64,000 bases of DNA from an uncultured bacterium. Its GTDB lineage: Bacteria; Patescibacteriota; Minisyncoccia; UBA6257; 2-01-FULL-56-20. The stretch covers positions 455,100 through 519,099 of the forward strand of contig OY970382.1 of assembly GCA_963719425.1 (NCBI GenBank), read 5' to 3'. The position numbers were made by a program, and so were the translations under genes. The notes beneath the pieces are model-generated. The model saw only the letters and a list, made by a program, of their open reading frames with translations, had not been told where the DNA came from and did no database searches. Shown in pieces: positions 6,459 through 16,490 of this stretch. Within the stretch, counting starts at the first letter, position 1. Every line of letters begins with the position of its first letter.

Positions 6459-9400
6459 ATGTCCAAATTCGTCCACCTTCATACGCACTCTCACTATTCC
6501 CTTCTTGACGGCCTTTCTAAAATAGACGACCTCGTAAAGCGGATTAAGGAGCTCGGCATGAATGCCGTTGCGCTCACCGACCATGGCGTACTCTACGGCG
6601 CCGTGGAATTTTATAAAGCGGCAAAAAAGAGCGGGATAAAACCGATCCTTGGCGTGGAAACCTACGTAGCGCCCCGCGACCGATTCTCAAAAGAGGCCAC
6701 TGAAAAGTACTATCACCTCGTCCTTCTCGCCGAAAACCAAACAGGGTGGAAAAATTTGATCACGCTCGTTTCCAAAGCTCATTTGGAAGGTTTTTACTAT
6801 CGCCCGCGCGTGGACAAAGATCTCCTGCGAGCGCACCACGAGGGAATCATCGCGCTCTCGGCCTGTCTCGGCGGCGAGATCGGGCAGGCGCTTTTCGCCG
6901 GGCGACCCGACGAAGCAAAGCGGATTGCGCAGGACTACGAGATGATCTTCGGCAAAGGAAACTATTTCCTGGAAATCCAAAAACATCCGCACGTCCCCGA
7001 GTCGGAAAAGATAGAAGCAGGACTCATTGCGCTCTCAAAGGAAACCGGCATTCCGCTCGTTGCGACGCAGGACAGCCACTACCTTCGTTCGGAAGATAAC
7101 GAATACCACGACGTGCTCCTTGCTGTGCAAACCGGCAATAAATTGGCGGACGATGACCGCATGACCATGAAAATGGACGATTTCTCTTTGCTCTCGCCGG
7201 AAGCGATGGTGGAAAAATTCGCTGCGGTGCCGGGCAGCGCCGAAGCGCTTGAACGCACCGCGGAGATCGCCGGGCGTTGCAACGTGGAGCTTGAATTGGG
7301 GAAAGTGCTCCTTCCCAGCTTTCCGAAGCCAGAGAAAAAAACGGCCAACGGCTACCTTCGCGAATTGATTGAGGAACGTTTGCCCAAAAAATTCCCGCCC
7401 GAGGCGCACACGAAGGAAATGCGTGATCGCCTGGAATACGAATTGGGCATCATTGAAAAGACCGGCTTCGCGGATTATTTCCTGATCGTCCAAGACCTCA
7501 TCACGTGGGCTAAAGCGCACGGCATCGCCGTGGGGCCGGGCAGGGGCTCAGCCGCCGGCAGTTTGGTCTCTTATGTCTTGGATATCACTGACCTCAATCC
7601 CCTCACCTATGGGCTGCTCTTTGAGCGGTTCCTGAATCCCGAGCGCATCCAGATGCCGGACATTGACATTGACTTTGCGGACGCTCGGCGGGATGAAGTG
7701 CTCGCGTACGCGCGCGAAAAATACGGCGAGGACCGCGTAGCGCGCATCATCACGTTCGGAACGATGGCGGCACGCGCGGCGATCCGCGACGCCGGTCGCG
7801 CCATGGGCTATTCCTACGCCTTCTGCGACCAGATCGCGAAACTGATTCCTTTTAATCCCACGCAGGGCATGAAGGAAGGATGGCTCGATGAATGCCTGGC
7901 GCGGGTGCAGGAATTGAAGGCGCTCTACGATACCAATCCCGAAGCAAAAAAACTTATTGACACCGCGCGCCATCTTGAGGGCGTCGCACGGCACGCGTCA
8001 GTCCACGCCTGCGGCACTGTGATCGCGAAAGAACCGCTTATGGAACGGGTGCCATTGCAATTCGCTCCGCAGGAAAAAAATATCATTATTACCCAGTTTG
8101 AGATGCATGCGATTGAGGATCTCGGCCTTTTGAAAATTGACCTTCTGGGACTCAAAAATCTCACCATCATTGAAGATACGATCCGCCTTGTAAAAGAACT
8201 GCGCGGCGAAACGGTAAATATTTCTCAAATACCACTTGACGACAAGAAAACCTTTGCACTGCTTCAGAAAGCCGATACGACGGGCGTGTTTCAATTTGAA
8301 TCAAGTGGTATGCGACGTTACATGAAAGAAATTGGCCCTACGGTGCTGGAAGATCTCATCGCGCTCGTGGCGCTCTTCCGCCCAGGACCCATGGAGCTTA
8401 TTCCTTCCTTCATCAAACGGAAGCACAGAGAAGAAAAAATCGCCTACCTGCATCCCAAGCTTGAGCCCATCCTCAAGAACACCTATGGCATCGGCGTCTA
8501 CCAAGAGCAGATGATGCAGATCGCCCGCGACCTTGCGGGCTACACACTCCCCGAAGCGGACACGTTGCGTAAAGCGATCGGCAAAAAAATAAAGTCGCTC
8601 TTGAACGAACAGGGCGCAAAACTCGTAAAAGGGATGGTGAAGAATGGTATCCCCGAGAAGACCGCGAAAGCCATTTGGGAACTCTTTCCGCCATTCGCAC
8701 GCTATGGCTTCAATCGGAGCCATGCAGCGTGCTACGCGCTCATCGGCTACCAAACGGCATATTTAAAGGCACACTACCCCGAAGAATTTACGGCAGCGCT
8801 TCTGAATGCCGAAGTGAGCGATATTGAGCGCATTTCGTTCTTCATTCAGGAAGCGAAGCAGTCAGGCATTGAAATTCTCGCGCCTGACATCAACAAGAGT
8901 TTCGTCAGCTTCACGCCGGAAGGGGAAAAGATCCGTTTCGGGCTTGAAGCGGTGAAGAACGTGGGCTCCGAGATCACGCGGGCGATCATTGAGGAACGCA
9001 CGCGCCGCGGGCCGTTCAAAAATTTTGAAGACGTCCTTATGCGTATTCAGCATAAAGACCTGAATAAAAAATCTCTGGAAAGCTTGGTGAAAGCGGGTGC
9101 GTTTGACTCGCTCGGCATTGAGCGCAACCAGGCGCTCACGAACATGGACGACATCCTGCGGTTCGCGAACGCCGCAAGGAAAACAGGCAGCCGAAATGGC
9201 GGTGGCTCTCTCTTCGGCGATACCATGCCGGCGGCGTCGCTCAAATTGAAACCGGCGACGCCCGCCACGAACGCCGAGAGGCTCGCATGGGAAAAGGAGC
9301 TCATCGGATTTTATCTTTCGGAACACCCGCTCGCCGCGCACGCCGAGCAGCTCAAGGCCGCGGGCGCGAAGCCGATCGCCGAACTTATGTCCACAAAAAA

Positions 9401-9656
9401 TGACCGGCTCCTTGTGCGCACCGCAGGCATCGTCACGAAAATACGCAAGATTATCACGAAAAACGGCCAGCCGATGATCTTCGCGACGATTGAAGATGCC
9501 TCGCAAAAGCCGCTGGAGGTCATAGTGTTTAATAGTATTCTTGAAAAGACCGCGCCCGCGTGGGTGGCAAATGCCGCGGTCATTGTCCAGGGGAGAATTT
9601 CTCCGCGCGACGGCGAGGCAAAATTGATCTGCGACAACGCGAAGCGGCTCAGTTAG
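6459..9656 (+). CDS. dnaE: DNA polymerase III alpha subunit
   Basis: PHP domain HLHTHSHYSLLDG; GPGRGSAAGS; PDIDIDF; YGFNRSH. Confidence 0.98.
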   Translation: MSKFVHLHTHSHYSLLDGLSKIDDLVKRIKELGMNAVALTDHGVLYGAVEFYKAAKKSGIKPILGVETYVAPRDRFSKEATEKYYHLVLLAENQTGWKNLITLVSKAHLEGFYYRPRVDKDLLRAHHEGIIALSACLGGEIGQALFAGRPDEAKRIAQDYEMIFGKGNYFLEIQKHPHVPESEKIEAGLIALSKETGIPLVATQDSHYLRSEDNEYHDVLLAVQTGNKLADDDRMTMKMDDFSLLSPEAMVEKFAAVPGSAEALERTAEIAGRCNVELELGKVLLPSFPKPEKKTANGYLRELIEERLPKKFPPEAHTKEMRDRLEYELGIIEKTGFADYFLIVQDLITWAKAHGIAVGPGRGSAAGSLVSYVLDITDLNPLTYGLLFERFLNPERIQMPDIDIDFADARRDEVLAYAREKYGEDRVARIITFGTMAARAAIRDAGRAMGYSYAFCDQIAKLIPFNPTQGMKEGWLDECLARVQELKALYDTNPEAKKLIDTARHLEGVARHASVHACGTVIAKEPLMERVPLQFAPQEKNIIITQFEMHAIEDLGLLKIDLLGLKNLTIIEDTIRLVKELRGETVNISQIPLDDKKTFALLQKADTTGVFQFESSGMRRYMKEIGPTVLEDLIALVALFRPGPMELIPSFIKRKHREEKIAYLHPKLEPILKNTYGIGVYQEQMMQIARDLAGYTLPEADTLRKAIGKKIKSLLNEQGAKLVKGMVKNGIPEKTAKAIWELFPPFARYGFNRSHAACYALIGYQTAYLKAHYPEEFTAALLNAEVSDIERISFFIQEAKQSGIEILAPDINKSFVSFTPEGEKIRFGLEAVKNVGSEITRAIIEERTRRGPFKNFEDVLMRIQHKDLNKKSLESLVKAGAFDSLGIERNQALTNMDDILRFANAARKTGSRNGGGSLFGDTMPAASLKLKPATPATNAERLAWEKELIGFYLSEHPLAAHAEQLKAAGAKPIAELMSTKNDRLLVRTAGIVTKIRKIITKNGQPMIFATIEDASQKPLEVIVFNSILEKTAPAWVANAAVIVQGRISPRDGEAKLICDNAKRLS

Positions 9657-10060
9657 CTCCCGTACCGCAAGTGGTTGTGGTGCTTCTCCGGCCTGTAGGG
9701 CGCGAGAATCGCAAGTTCCACATGCCAATCAAAATCCGAGAGATGTTGTTTCAAATCTTCTTTCAGCGCCTCTTGATCATATCCCAGAGCGATGATATCG
9801 GGGCGGTGACTTTTCACCACCCGATAGGTGCCGATCTCCGCATCACCGGGGACAACAAGGTCAGCTAACATGTCGGCTCGGAGTGCCTCGATTCTCGCTT
9901 CTAAACGGTGGCGCGGCGGACGGTGCTTTAGTTGCTCCACAACCTCGTCCGGCGCAACGGCAACGATCAAGCGGTCACCATATATCCGCGCCTTCCTTAA
10001 AAACGCGCGATGGCCTTCGTGAATCCCGTCAAACGTGCCGAACACTAAAACTTTTCTCAT
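9653..10060 (-). CDS. Cytidylyltransferase-family nucleotidyltransferase (RibL/TagD-like)
   Basis: FGTFDGIHEGH (HxGH); PDIIALGYDQ. Confidence 0.85.
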   Translation of the reverse strand: MRKVLVFGTFDGIHEGHRAFLRKARIYGDRLIVAVAPDEVVEQLKHRPPRHRLEARIEALRADMLADLVVPGDAEIGTYRVVKSHRPDIIALGYDQEALKEDLKQHLSDFDWHVELAILAPYRPEKHHNHLRYGS

Positions 10061-10078
10061 GCGCGAAACGGTGAAATG

Positions 10079-11536
10079 CTATTTCCTCGGCCGCATGAGT
10101 GGAAAGAACACACATTCGCGCATCGGCCGATCCATAAGCACCGCAAAGAGCCGCTCGGAGACGCCAAATCCGCCCGCGGGCGGCATGCCGTACGAAAGCG
10201 CTTCCAAAAAATCCTCGTCCAAAAATTGCGCCTCCCGGTCCCCCGCCTCGCGGAGCTTCATCTGCTCCTCAAACCGCACGCGCTGGTCAATCGGATCGTT
10301 CAATTCCGAAAATCCCTTGCCGAGCTCCGTGCCCGCAGCCATGATCTGGAATCGTTCCACCACTTTCGAATCCCCGGGTTTGCGCTTCGCAAGCGGCTCA
10401 AGCGCGACCGGCGGATCCACGAGGAAGCATGGCTCAATCAAATGAGGACGCACGGTTTTCTTATAGATAAGATCAATGAGGCGCCCTTTGCCCAGATTTT
10501 TTTCCGGCTCCAGTTTCAATTCCTTCGCCTTTTTGAACAACGCGTCGCGCGTCGCAGCGGCCGGATCAATGCCGTTCGCAGCTTTGAACGCTTCAACATA
10601 ATCCACTTTCTTCCATTTTTTTGACCAGTCAATCTTCTTGCCGAGATATTCCGTCACAAGCCCGCCGCATGTTTTTTTAATAACTTCCTTATAAACTTTT
10701 TCGGTAAGCGCCATCGTATCGTTATAGTCACGGTATGCCCAATAGAACTCCAGCTCGGTAAAGTCCTGCAGATGCTCGCGATCAATGCCCTCGTTCCGGA
10801 AAACACGGCCAATCTCAAAAACCCTGTCAAAACCGCCGACGAGGAGCCGCTTCAGGGACAGCTCAAGCGATATGCGAAGATAAAAATCCGTATCCAGCGC
10901 GTTGTGATGCGTTTTGAACGGTTCCGCTTCCGCGCCGCCCGGCAACTGCTCCAAAACCGGCGTTTCCACCTCCCAAAATCCTTCCGCTTTCAACGCGCTC
11001 CGGAACGTTTCCCAAAACACCGTTTTCTTCCTAAAGAGCTCGCGCAGCGTGGGCGTCGCAACAAGATCAAGATAACGCTTCCGCAAGCGGACCTCCGGAT
11101 CTTCAAGCCCTTCCCACTTGTCCGGCAACGGCAATAAACTTTTCGCCGCCATCGCGAGCTCGCGCGCTTCTAAACTTTTCTCGCCGCGCTTCGTCACAAA
11201 AAGAACGCCCGTCGCCGAAATAAAATCACCGATGTCCAGCGCCGACCGCCAGAACTCCAAGCCGCGCGCGCCCTTGAGCGCGTCTTCCTTCAAAACAACC
11301 TGGATCTTCCCGCTTTCGTCCTCCATGTCCGCGAACACGATCTTCCCCTGATCGCGCAGGCTCCGCAACCGTCCCGCGAGCGAAACGCTCTTCCCCGTTT
11401 TCTCCAACTTCTCAAAATCGCGAAGCGCCTCAGCGATCACAGACGTCCTCGCCACCCGCGCCGGATAAGGATCCACCCCCGCCTTTCGCAGTAACTCAAG
11501 CTTCTTCCGCCGCTCCTTGATAATGTCTTCCAGCAT
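10079..11536 (-). CDS. lysS: Lysine--tRNA ligase (class II)
   Basis: OB fold; EVETPVL...GGAEAEPF; FRNEGID..H...FTELEFY; YGMPPAGGFG. Confidence 0.97.
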   Translation of the reverse strand: MLEDIIKERRKKLELLRKAGVDPYPARVARTSVIAEALRDFEKLEKTGKSVSLAGRLRSLRDQGKIVFADMEDESGKIQVVLKEDALKGARGLEFWRSALDIGDFISATGVLFVTKRGEKSLEARELAMAAKSLLPLPDKWEGLEDPEVRLRKRYLDLVATPTLRELFRKKTVFWETFRSALKAEGFWEVETPVLEQLPGGAEAEPFKTHHNALDTDFYLRISLELSLKRLLVGGFDRVFEIGRVFRNEGIDREHLQDFTELEFYWAYRDYNDTMALTEKVYKEVIKKTCGGLVTEYLGKKIDWSKKWKKVDYVEAFKAANGIDPAAATRDALFKKAKELKLEPEKNLGKGRLIDLIYKKTVRPHLIEPCFLVDPPVALEPLAKRKPGDSKVVERFQIMAAGTELGKGFSELNDPIDQRVRFEEQMKLREAGDREAQFLDEDFLEALSYGMPPAGGFGVSERLFAVLMDRPMRECVFFPLMRPRK

Positions 11537-11596
11537 CCTTTCAATCATACCACTGATTTAAAAATTTTTTAATGCTCCGCATGAAATGATATCTGG

Positions 11597-12018
11597 ATGA
11601 GTTATGAAGAGGAGAAACGCGCAACAATCCAGCACTACAGAAAAATTAGGCGGATATGGTGCCCCGCACTTTGAGAATATGTCGTATTCAACAGAATCGG
11701 ATTTCAACATCTTGTTCGCAAAGGAAATATTCAGCGACCGAAAAGTGAACAGAGGCGGCGATTTAAGCTAATTTCTTACGTAGGAAACATCCTCGCCGAT
11801 CCAAATTCCGTCATTACCCAAAAAGAGAGGATCATCAAGCACCGGACGAAAATCCAAGGGGAAAAAATCTTGGGGGCACCGCTGGCACGTTTCTGGATAT
11901 TCACCAATCAGCGTAATGGGCAAACTATCAAACTGTGGTTAGGCAATTCAACGGCAAAGAAAAACATTTTCTCAGCATTTATGCTAAAAAACCCTCCAGC
12001 AAAAGAAGGGTTCCTTAG
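11597..12018 (+). pseudogene. Disrupted RelE/barnase-fold-like nuclease-family gene
   Basis: Hand translation MSYEEEK...IWCPAL*EYVVFNRIGFQHLVRKG...FW...; in-frame TGA near 11672 and a frameshift near 11935 before VVRQFNGKEKHFLSIY. Confidence 0.5.
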
Positions 12019-12137
12019 CATGCCTGCTGTCAACAATATGACGTCGACAGGGACAACCGCCCCGCAGGCATAGTTTCATATTAGGACACCGCATCCTAAA
12101 GTCAAATACCTTTTAAGAATTTTTTAATGAAAATTAA

Positions 12138-12164
12138 GCGCGCAGTCCGGGACGATATTCGAAT
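12138..12164 (-). repeat. Divergent 27-bp attP-half-like site with GCGCGC core
   Basis: GCGCGCAGTCCGGGACGATATTCGAAT, 20/27 identical to the site at 40255-40281. Confidence 0.45.
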
Positions 12165-12203
12165 AGTCTTGATATCCCTTCGGATCTGAACAGTGGAGAA
12201 AGG

Positions 12204-13079
12204 CTAGGCTTGTGGGTCGCTCTCATTTAACCCGAGAAGCATCCGCATCGCAGGTTCCTGCATGACCGCGTGCGAGGCTCCATAGACAACGAACAGATTG
12301 TTGTGAGATTGGAGCGTTTTTCCAACTTCCTCAATGATATGCATATCCCGGAACTTGGAGGAAGCGCGAGAGATTTCGTTAATCCGCGTTTGCGCAGGAG
12401 CGTCGCGCCATGGAATAGGGTCGGATACCGATTTCAACGATTCGTCTGTGGGATCGAAGAGTTTACCTATAAACTTTTCATATAGCGCGATGAAATGATC
12501 CAGGGTGAAGGGAAATCCCTGCCAATGCGCTGCTCGAGCTAAGAAATCAAGCTCCGACTGAACATATTCCGCCATGGGGGTTTGTTTATCAATAGAGCGC
12601 TGGTACTGCAGAAGGTAGCGAGCCACGCAAAAAACGAAGATTTCCTCTCGGGTAAAACCAGAACTTTCCAGATGGCCAATTTCGTCTTCAAAATGTGGCT
12701 CGGGACTTTTTGTCTCTTTGCCGTCTCTTTCGGCCAACCACAGCGCGAAACCACTTTCTCCCATGCGGATCGCGTCTTCCCGCGAAAGGGACAGGGCCCA
12801 TTTCTTGGATTCTTCTTCGTGGCCCTGCAGGTCCGCAAAGCCCTCAACGAAAACCATATCCGGATCGGCAGATCGGTACCGTGATTCAATATCGGAAAAC
12901 ACCGGACTTTCCGGATCGTCCGTGTGCGGACTACCGAAATACGTCAGTTGCTTGCCGTCTTTCTCTAAGATAAAAATGTATGGAGTTTCATGAGTCAATT
13001 CAGCATACGCTTCAGCGGTCATCAGCTTTTGTTTGGCAAGATCGATATTGGAAACAGGTTGCTTAATGGCCATATCCAA
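12204..13079 (-). CDS. Hypothetical protein (possibly TraB/GumN-like fold)
   Basis: 291-aa ORF with FGSPH, VFVEG and VVYGASH motifs. Confidence 0.6.
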   Translation of the reverse strand: MDMAIKQPVSNIDLAKQKLMTAEAYAELTHETPYIFILEKDGKQLTYFGSPHTDDPESPVFSDIESRYRSADPDMVFVEGFADLQGHEEESKKWALSLSREDAIRMGESGFALWLAERDGKETKSPEPHFEDEIGHLESSGFTREEIFVFCVARYLLQYQRSIDKQTPMAEYVQSELDFLARAAHWQGFPFTLDHFIALYEKFIGKLFDPTDESLKSVSDPIPWRDAPAQTRINEISRASSKFRDMHIIEEVGKTLQSHNNLFVVYGASHAVMQEPAMRMLLGLNESDPQA

Positions 13080-13162
13080 AGCTTAGCGTAAATATATTAC
13101 CCTGACCATAACTATAGATAACCAGCAACGAAATCTTCAAGTAAATTCAAAGAAAAAGAGTG

Positions 13163-13313
13163 AGAATAGCACACCGCTCTTTTTCTAAGAGGATCTCGGA
13201 GCGCCGACGGGCTTGGTGTCCGCGAAGCGGACCCGTCGGCGCGAGAGCCAGCGGGCGCGCACCGCAGGAGTGCGCGAACCGCGTCTCTTAGAAAAGGAGT
13301 GGTGCGCTATTCT
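13163..13313 (+). repeat. Branched palindromic element E2 abutting the greA stop codon
   Basis: 29-bp imperfect terminal inverted repeat; inner GCGAAGC and CCGCAGG hairpins. Confidence 0.7.
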
Positions 13314-13765
13314 ATCTTCACGATCTCATACCTCGCCGCCCCCGCCGGCGTCGCAACCTCAACCGTCTCCCCCACTTTCTTCCTTAAGAACGCCTTGCCG
13401 AGCGGCGATTCGTCGGAGATGCGGCCCTCCTCCGGCTTCGCCTCATACGACCCGACAATGGTGTATGTCACCGTTTTATCCCCTCGCCGAGCCGTTACCG
13501 TGGAACCCACGCCCACGGTATCGCCCCCTTCCGTTTTTTTGATCGTCACCGCCTGCTTCAACAGATCCTCAAGCTCGGCGATCCGCGTTTCCACGCTCGC
13601 CTGCTCCTCACGCGCTTCGGCATACTCGGAATTCTCAGAAAGGTCGCCATATTCCTTCGCCTGTTTCAAGCGTTCGGCCACCTCCACCCGCTTTTTGTTC
13701 TTGAGTGTCTCCAATTCTTCCTTGAATTCCTCAAGCCGCTCTTTCGTAAGATATTGTTTTGCCAT
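13307..13765 (-). CDS. greA: Transcription elongation factor GreA
   Basis: GDLSENSEY; ISDESPLGKA. Confidence 0.96.
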   Translation of the reverse strand: MAKQYLTKERLEEFKEELETLKNKKRVEVAERLKQAKEYGDLSENSEYAEAREEQASVETRIAELEDLLKQAVTIKKTEGGDTVGVGSTVTARRGDKTVTYTIVGSYEAKPEEGRISDESPLGKAFLRKKVGETVEVATPAGAARYEIVKIE

Positions 13766-13788
13766 CGTCAATAGCTACTAAGGATACC

Positions 13789-14514
13789 CTACTTGTATTT
13801 TCCTGTCCACAACCACCAACGAACTCTTGCCAGATCCCGCAAAAACTGTACGCCGCCCGAGAATTTGACGTGTGATTTCGCGTCATTTACCCAGCGGACG
13901 GGCACTTGCGCGATCCGATATCCCATCGTTTTTGCGAGCGCAAGTGTTTCAAAATCAAATCCCCACCCGGGGAGCCGCGATTCTTCAAACACTTTCACGG
14001 CAGCATCCGCCGTGAACGCTTTGAAACCGCACTGGGTATCCCAAATGCCCGGGAGAAGCAGGAGCTGAACGAGAAGGTTCAGCGCTTTTCCAACAAGCTG
14101 CCGCCACCACGGTTCCGGAGGGTCAAGTTCGGCACCCTTCACCGCCCGCGAGCCAATCACCACTTCATATCCTTCTTTAAAGAGCGGGATCATCCGGTCG
14201 AACTGGTCAATGGAAGTGGAGTTATCGGCATCGGTAAAAAGCCGGATGGTGCCACTTGCAAGGAGCATCCCCTGCCGCACGACGCCTCCCTTGCCTTTGT
14301 TCTCTGTATTGTCTATAAGTTTCAAATTCCTCACAAGCTTTTTCATCTTCTCCACAACCTCCGCCGTGTTGTCCTTTGAACCGTCACTCACCACCACAAT
14401 TTCGTAAGAATATGGCGCGGGCTCCAATCGCTTATCCATGTCAAGCAAGGTTTTCGGGAGCCGCTCCGCCTCGTTGTATGCTGGCACGATGATGGAAAGA
14501 TAGGGCTTTGCCAT
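13789..14514 (-). CDS. GT2 glycosyltransferase (dolichyl-phosphate glucosyltransferase-like)
   Basis: SIIVPAYNE, DGSKD, FTDAD, DTQCGFK. Confidence 0.9.
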   Translation of the reverse strand: MAKPYLSIIVPAYNEAERLPKTLLDMDKRLEPAPYSYEIVVVSDGSKDNTAEVVEKMKKLVRNLKLIDNTENKGKGGVVRQGMLLASGTIRLFTDADNSTSIDQFDRMIPLFKEGYEVVIGSRAVKGAELDPPEPWWRQLVGKALNLLVQLLLLPGIWDTQCGFKAFTADAAVKVFEESRLPGWGFDFETLALAKTMGYRIAQVPVRWVNDAKSHVKFSGGVQFLRDLARVRWWLWTGKYK

Positions 14515-14540
14515 GCGAGATCGGAAAAATTATACCACGA

Positions 14541-15296
14541 TTATGCAGTGAGCGCCCTCGGCCCATCTTTTGTGACTGCCACGGTGTGCTCAAAATGCGC
14601 CGCGAGCGACCCGTCGGCCGTAGCCCAGCTCTCATCGCGCAATTGCTTGAGAGGCGGATGGCCAAGCACGAGCATCGGCTCTATCGCAAGCACTGTTCCT
14701 TCCTGCAGTTCTTCGCCTTCTCCTTTTCGGCCAACATTGAGCACGGTCGGATCTTCGTGGAGCGAACGGCCGATACCATGTCCCGTAAGCCCGTCCGCAA
14801 CGGCGCATCGGTTCTTTTTTGCCGTCTTTTCTACCGTGTAGCCGATGTCGCCCAATGTCTTGCCTATCTTCATTTCTAGAATCGCAGCGAGGAGCGCTTC
14901 CTTTGTGGCAGCAACGAGCCGCGCGGCATCCTTGCCAACCCTGCCGACTGCCACTGTACGCGCCGCGTCAAGATAAAATCCTTTGTATAAAAGACCGAGA
15001 TCCAGCTTCACAAGATCGCCATCTTTCACAACGTAATCGGATGGCTGGCCATGCACGACGACGTCGTTCAATGAAGCACAGAGCGAATACGGATAGGCAC
15101 GGCGGGCGCCGGCGGGCCGATAGTGCAAAAACGCCGGCTTCGCTCCAGATTTGTGGATAAGCTGATATGCCAGTCGGTCAAGTTGCTTTGTCGTCACGCC
15201 CGCGCGCGTTTCTTCCGCGAGGCGCCGTAGCACCTCTGCGAGGCGCCGCCCTCCTTCCGCCATCACCTCAATCTCTTCAGGCGTCTTGAGGATCAT
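14541..15296 (-). CDS. map: Methionine aminopeptidase type I
   Basis: VVHG, DLG..Y.G...D.ART, GHGIG..LHE, AIEPM, AHFEHT. Confidence 0.96.
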   Translation of the reverse strand: MILKTPEEIEVMAEGGRRLAEVLRRLAEETRAGVTTKQLDRLAYQLIHKSGAKPAFLHYRPAGARRAYPYSLCASLNDVVVHGQPSDYVVKDGDLVKLDLGLLYKGFYLDAARTVAVGRVGKDAARLVAATKEALLAAILEMKIGKTLGDIGYTVEKTAKKNRCAVADGLTGHGIGRSLHEDPTVLNVGRKGEGEELQEGTVLAIEPMLVLGHPPLKQLRDESWATADGSLAAHFEHTVAVTKDGPRALTA

Positions 15297-15891
15297 ATTC
15301 GTTTACGGCCGCAGCGATCCTTTTCCAAACCTCGGCCCGAGTTCCCAAACCGGAAATTCTTCTAAAGGTATATCTCTCTCTGAAAAACTTTACCACGCGC
15401 GCTACTTGCTGTTCGTAGTACCGCCTGCGATTCTTGATGGCTCGCTCCCGATCATCGCTCCGCTTTGCGAGCTTTCCTCCTGCATATTCCCTCCGTTTCC
15501 CCGCCCGCTTTATAGTTTCGGATACCGGAACGCTTAAATAAAGAACTAATGGATTGCTCCGCCCGTTTTGCTTGAGCAATCTTGCGACCAGCTTCGCTTC
15601 CCCGATCATCTTAGGATGGCCGTCAAAAAGAATGCCCTGTCCGCGAGGAACGGCGCGGATGACGCGCCGGAGAATGTCCCGCACTACTTGAGTGGGCGTG
15701 AGCTTCCCTACGCCAGTGGTCCGCGCAAAATCATATTGCGCCCGCACCGCGGGTTTCCTCAATTCCCGCCCCATGTCAAAGTCATAAAAACGATATTTTT
15801 TCACGAGCCGCGCAGCTTGCGTGGCCTTCCCGGACGCGGGATCGCCCAGTAAGATAAGATTAAACGATTTTTTGTTCATATTCTTATTCAT
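15277..15891 (-). CDS. Adenylate kinase-like protein, divergent paralogue
   Basis: GDPASGKATQA P-loop; DGHPK replaces the usual DG(F/Y)PR. Confidence 0.8.
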   Translation of the reverse strand: MNKNMNKKSFNLILLGDPASGKATQAARLVKKYRFYDFDMGRELRKPAVRAQYDFARTTGVGKLTPTQVVRDILRRVIRAVPRGQGILFDGHPKMIGEAKLVARLLKQNGRSNPLVLYLSVPVSETIKRAGKRREYAGGKLAKRSDDRERAIKNRRRYYEQQVARVVKFFRERYTFRRISGLGTRAEVWKRIAAAVNEYDPQDA

Positions 15892-16475
15892 GCGGGGCGC
15901 GCGCCCGTGATCCCGAGCGCAGCATCAATGTTTTTCTCAATCTCTTCAATGGAGGGACGCCCGTCAATTGTGATAAATGTCGTTTCCTTTTTTAGATATT
16001 CTATCATCGGCACCGTCGCTTCCTCGTAGGCGCGGAGGCGCTCATTAATGCCCTCCGGCGTGTCATCCGCCCTGCCCTCCTTCTGCGCACGGAGCAAGAG
16101 CCGCTTGAAGGTTTCCTCCCTTGGCAGCTCAAGAAAAACAGTCACCGGCTTTTTCCTCTTCTGCCCCTTAAGAAAATTGACCAAAAACTCCGCCTGCCCC
16201 ATTCTCCTCGGAATGCCGTCAAAGATGATTCCCCGGTCGGCAGGAATGGTCGCGAGCTTGGCCTTAGCAACTTCAATAATGAGCTCGTCGGTAAGCAACA
16301 CCCCTTGATCCATGACGGAAATCTTTTTTGCGAGAGGAGTATCTCCCGCTTCTATCTCCCGAAGGATTCCTCCCATCTCCCAAAATAAAAATCCCAGCTT
16401 CTCCGCCAGTAATTTTCCCTGCGTTCCCTTCCCCGATCCCTGCGGACCGAGGACAAGTACGGTATCAAAATCCAT
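15888..16475 (-). CDS. adk: Adenylate kinase (short LID)
   Basis: GPQGSGKGTQ; DGIPR; GRADD. Confidence 0.88.
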   Translation of the reverse strand: MDFDTVLVLGPQGSGKGTQGKLLAEKLGFLFWEMGGILREIEAGDTPLAKKISVMDQGVLLTDELIIEVAKAKLATIPADRGIIFDGIPRRMGQAEFLVNFLKGQKRKKPVTVFLELPREETFKRLLLRAQKEGRADDTPEGINERLRAYEEATVPMIEYLKKETTFITIDGRPSIEEIEKNIDAALGITGARPA

Positions 16476-16490
16476 GCTACTATCATAAAG

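Noticed and set aside
11670-11675. In-frame TGA as evidence for genetic code 25 (UGA = Gly)
   Set aside because: TGA ends normal genes here (map, rpsQ, mreC, HIT) and the same ORF is also frameshifted.
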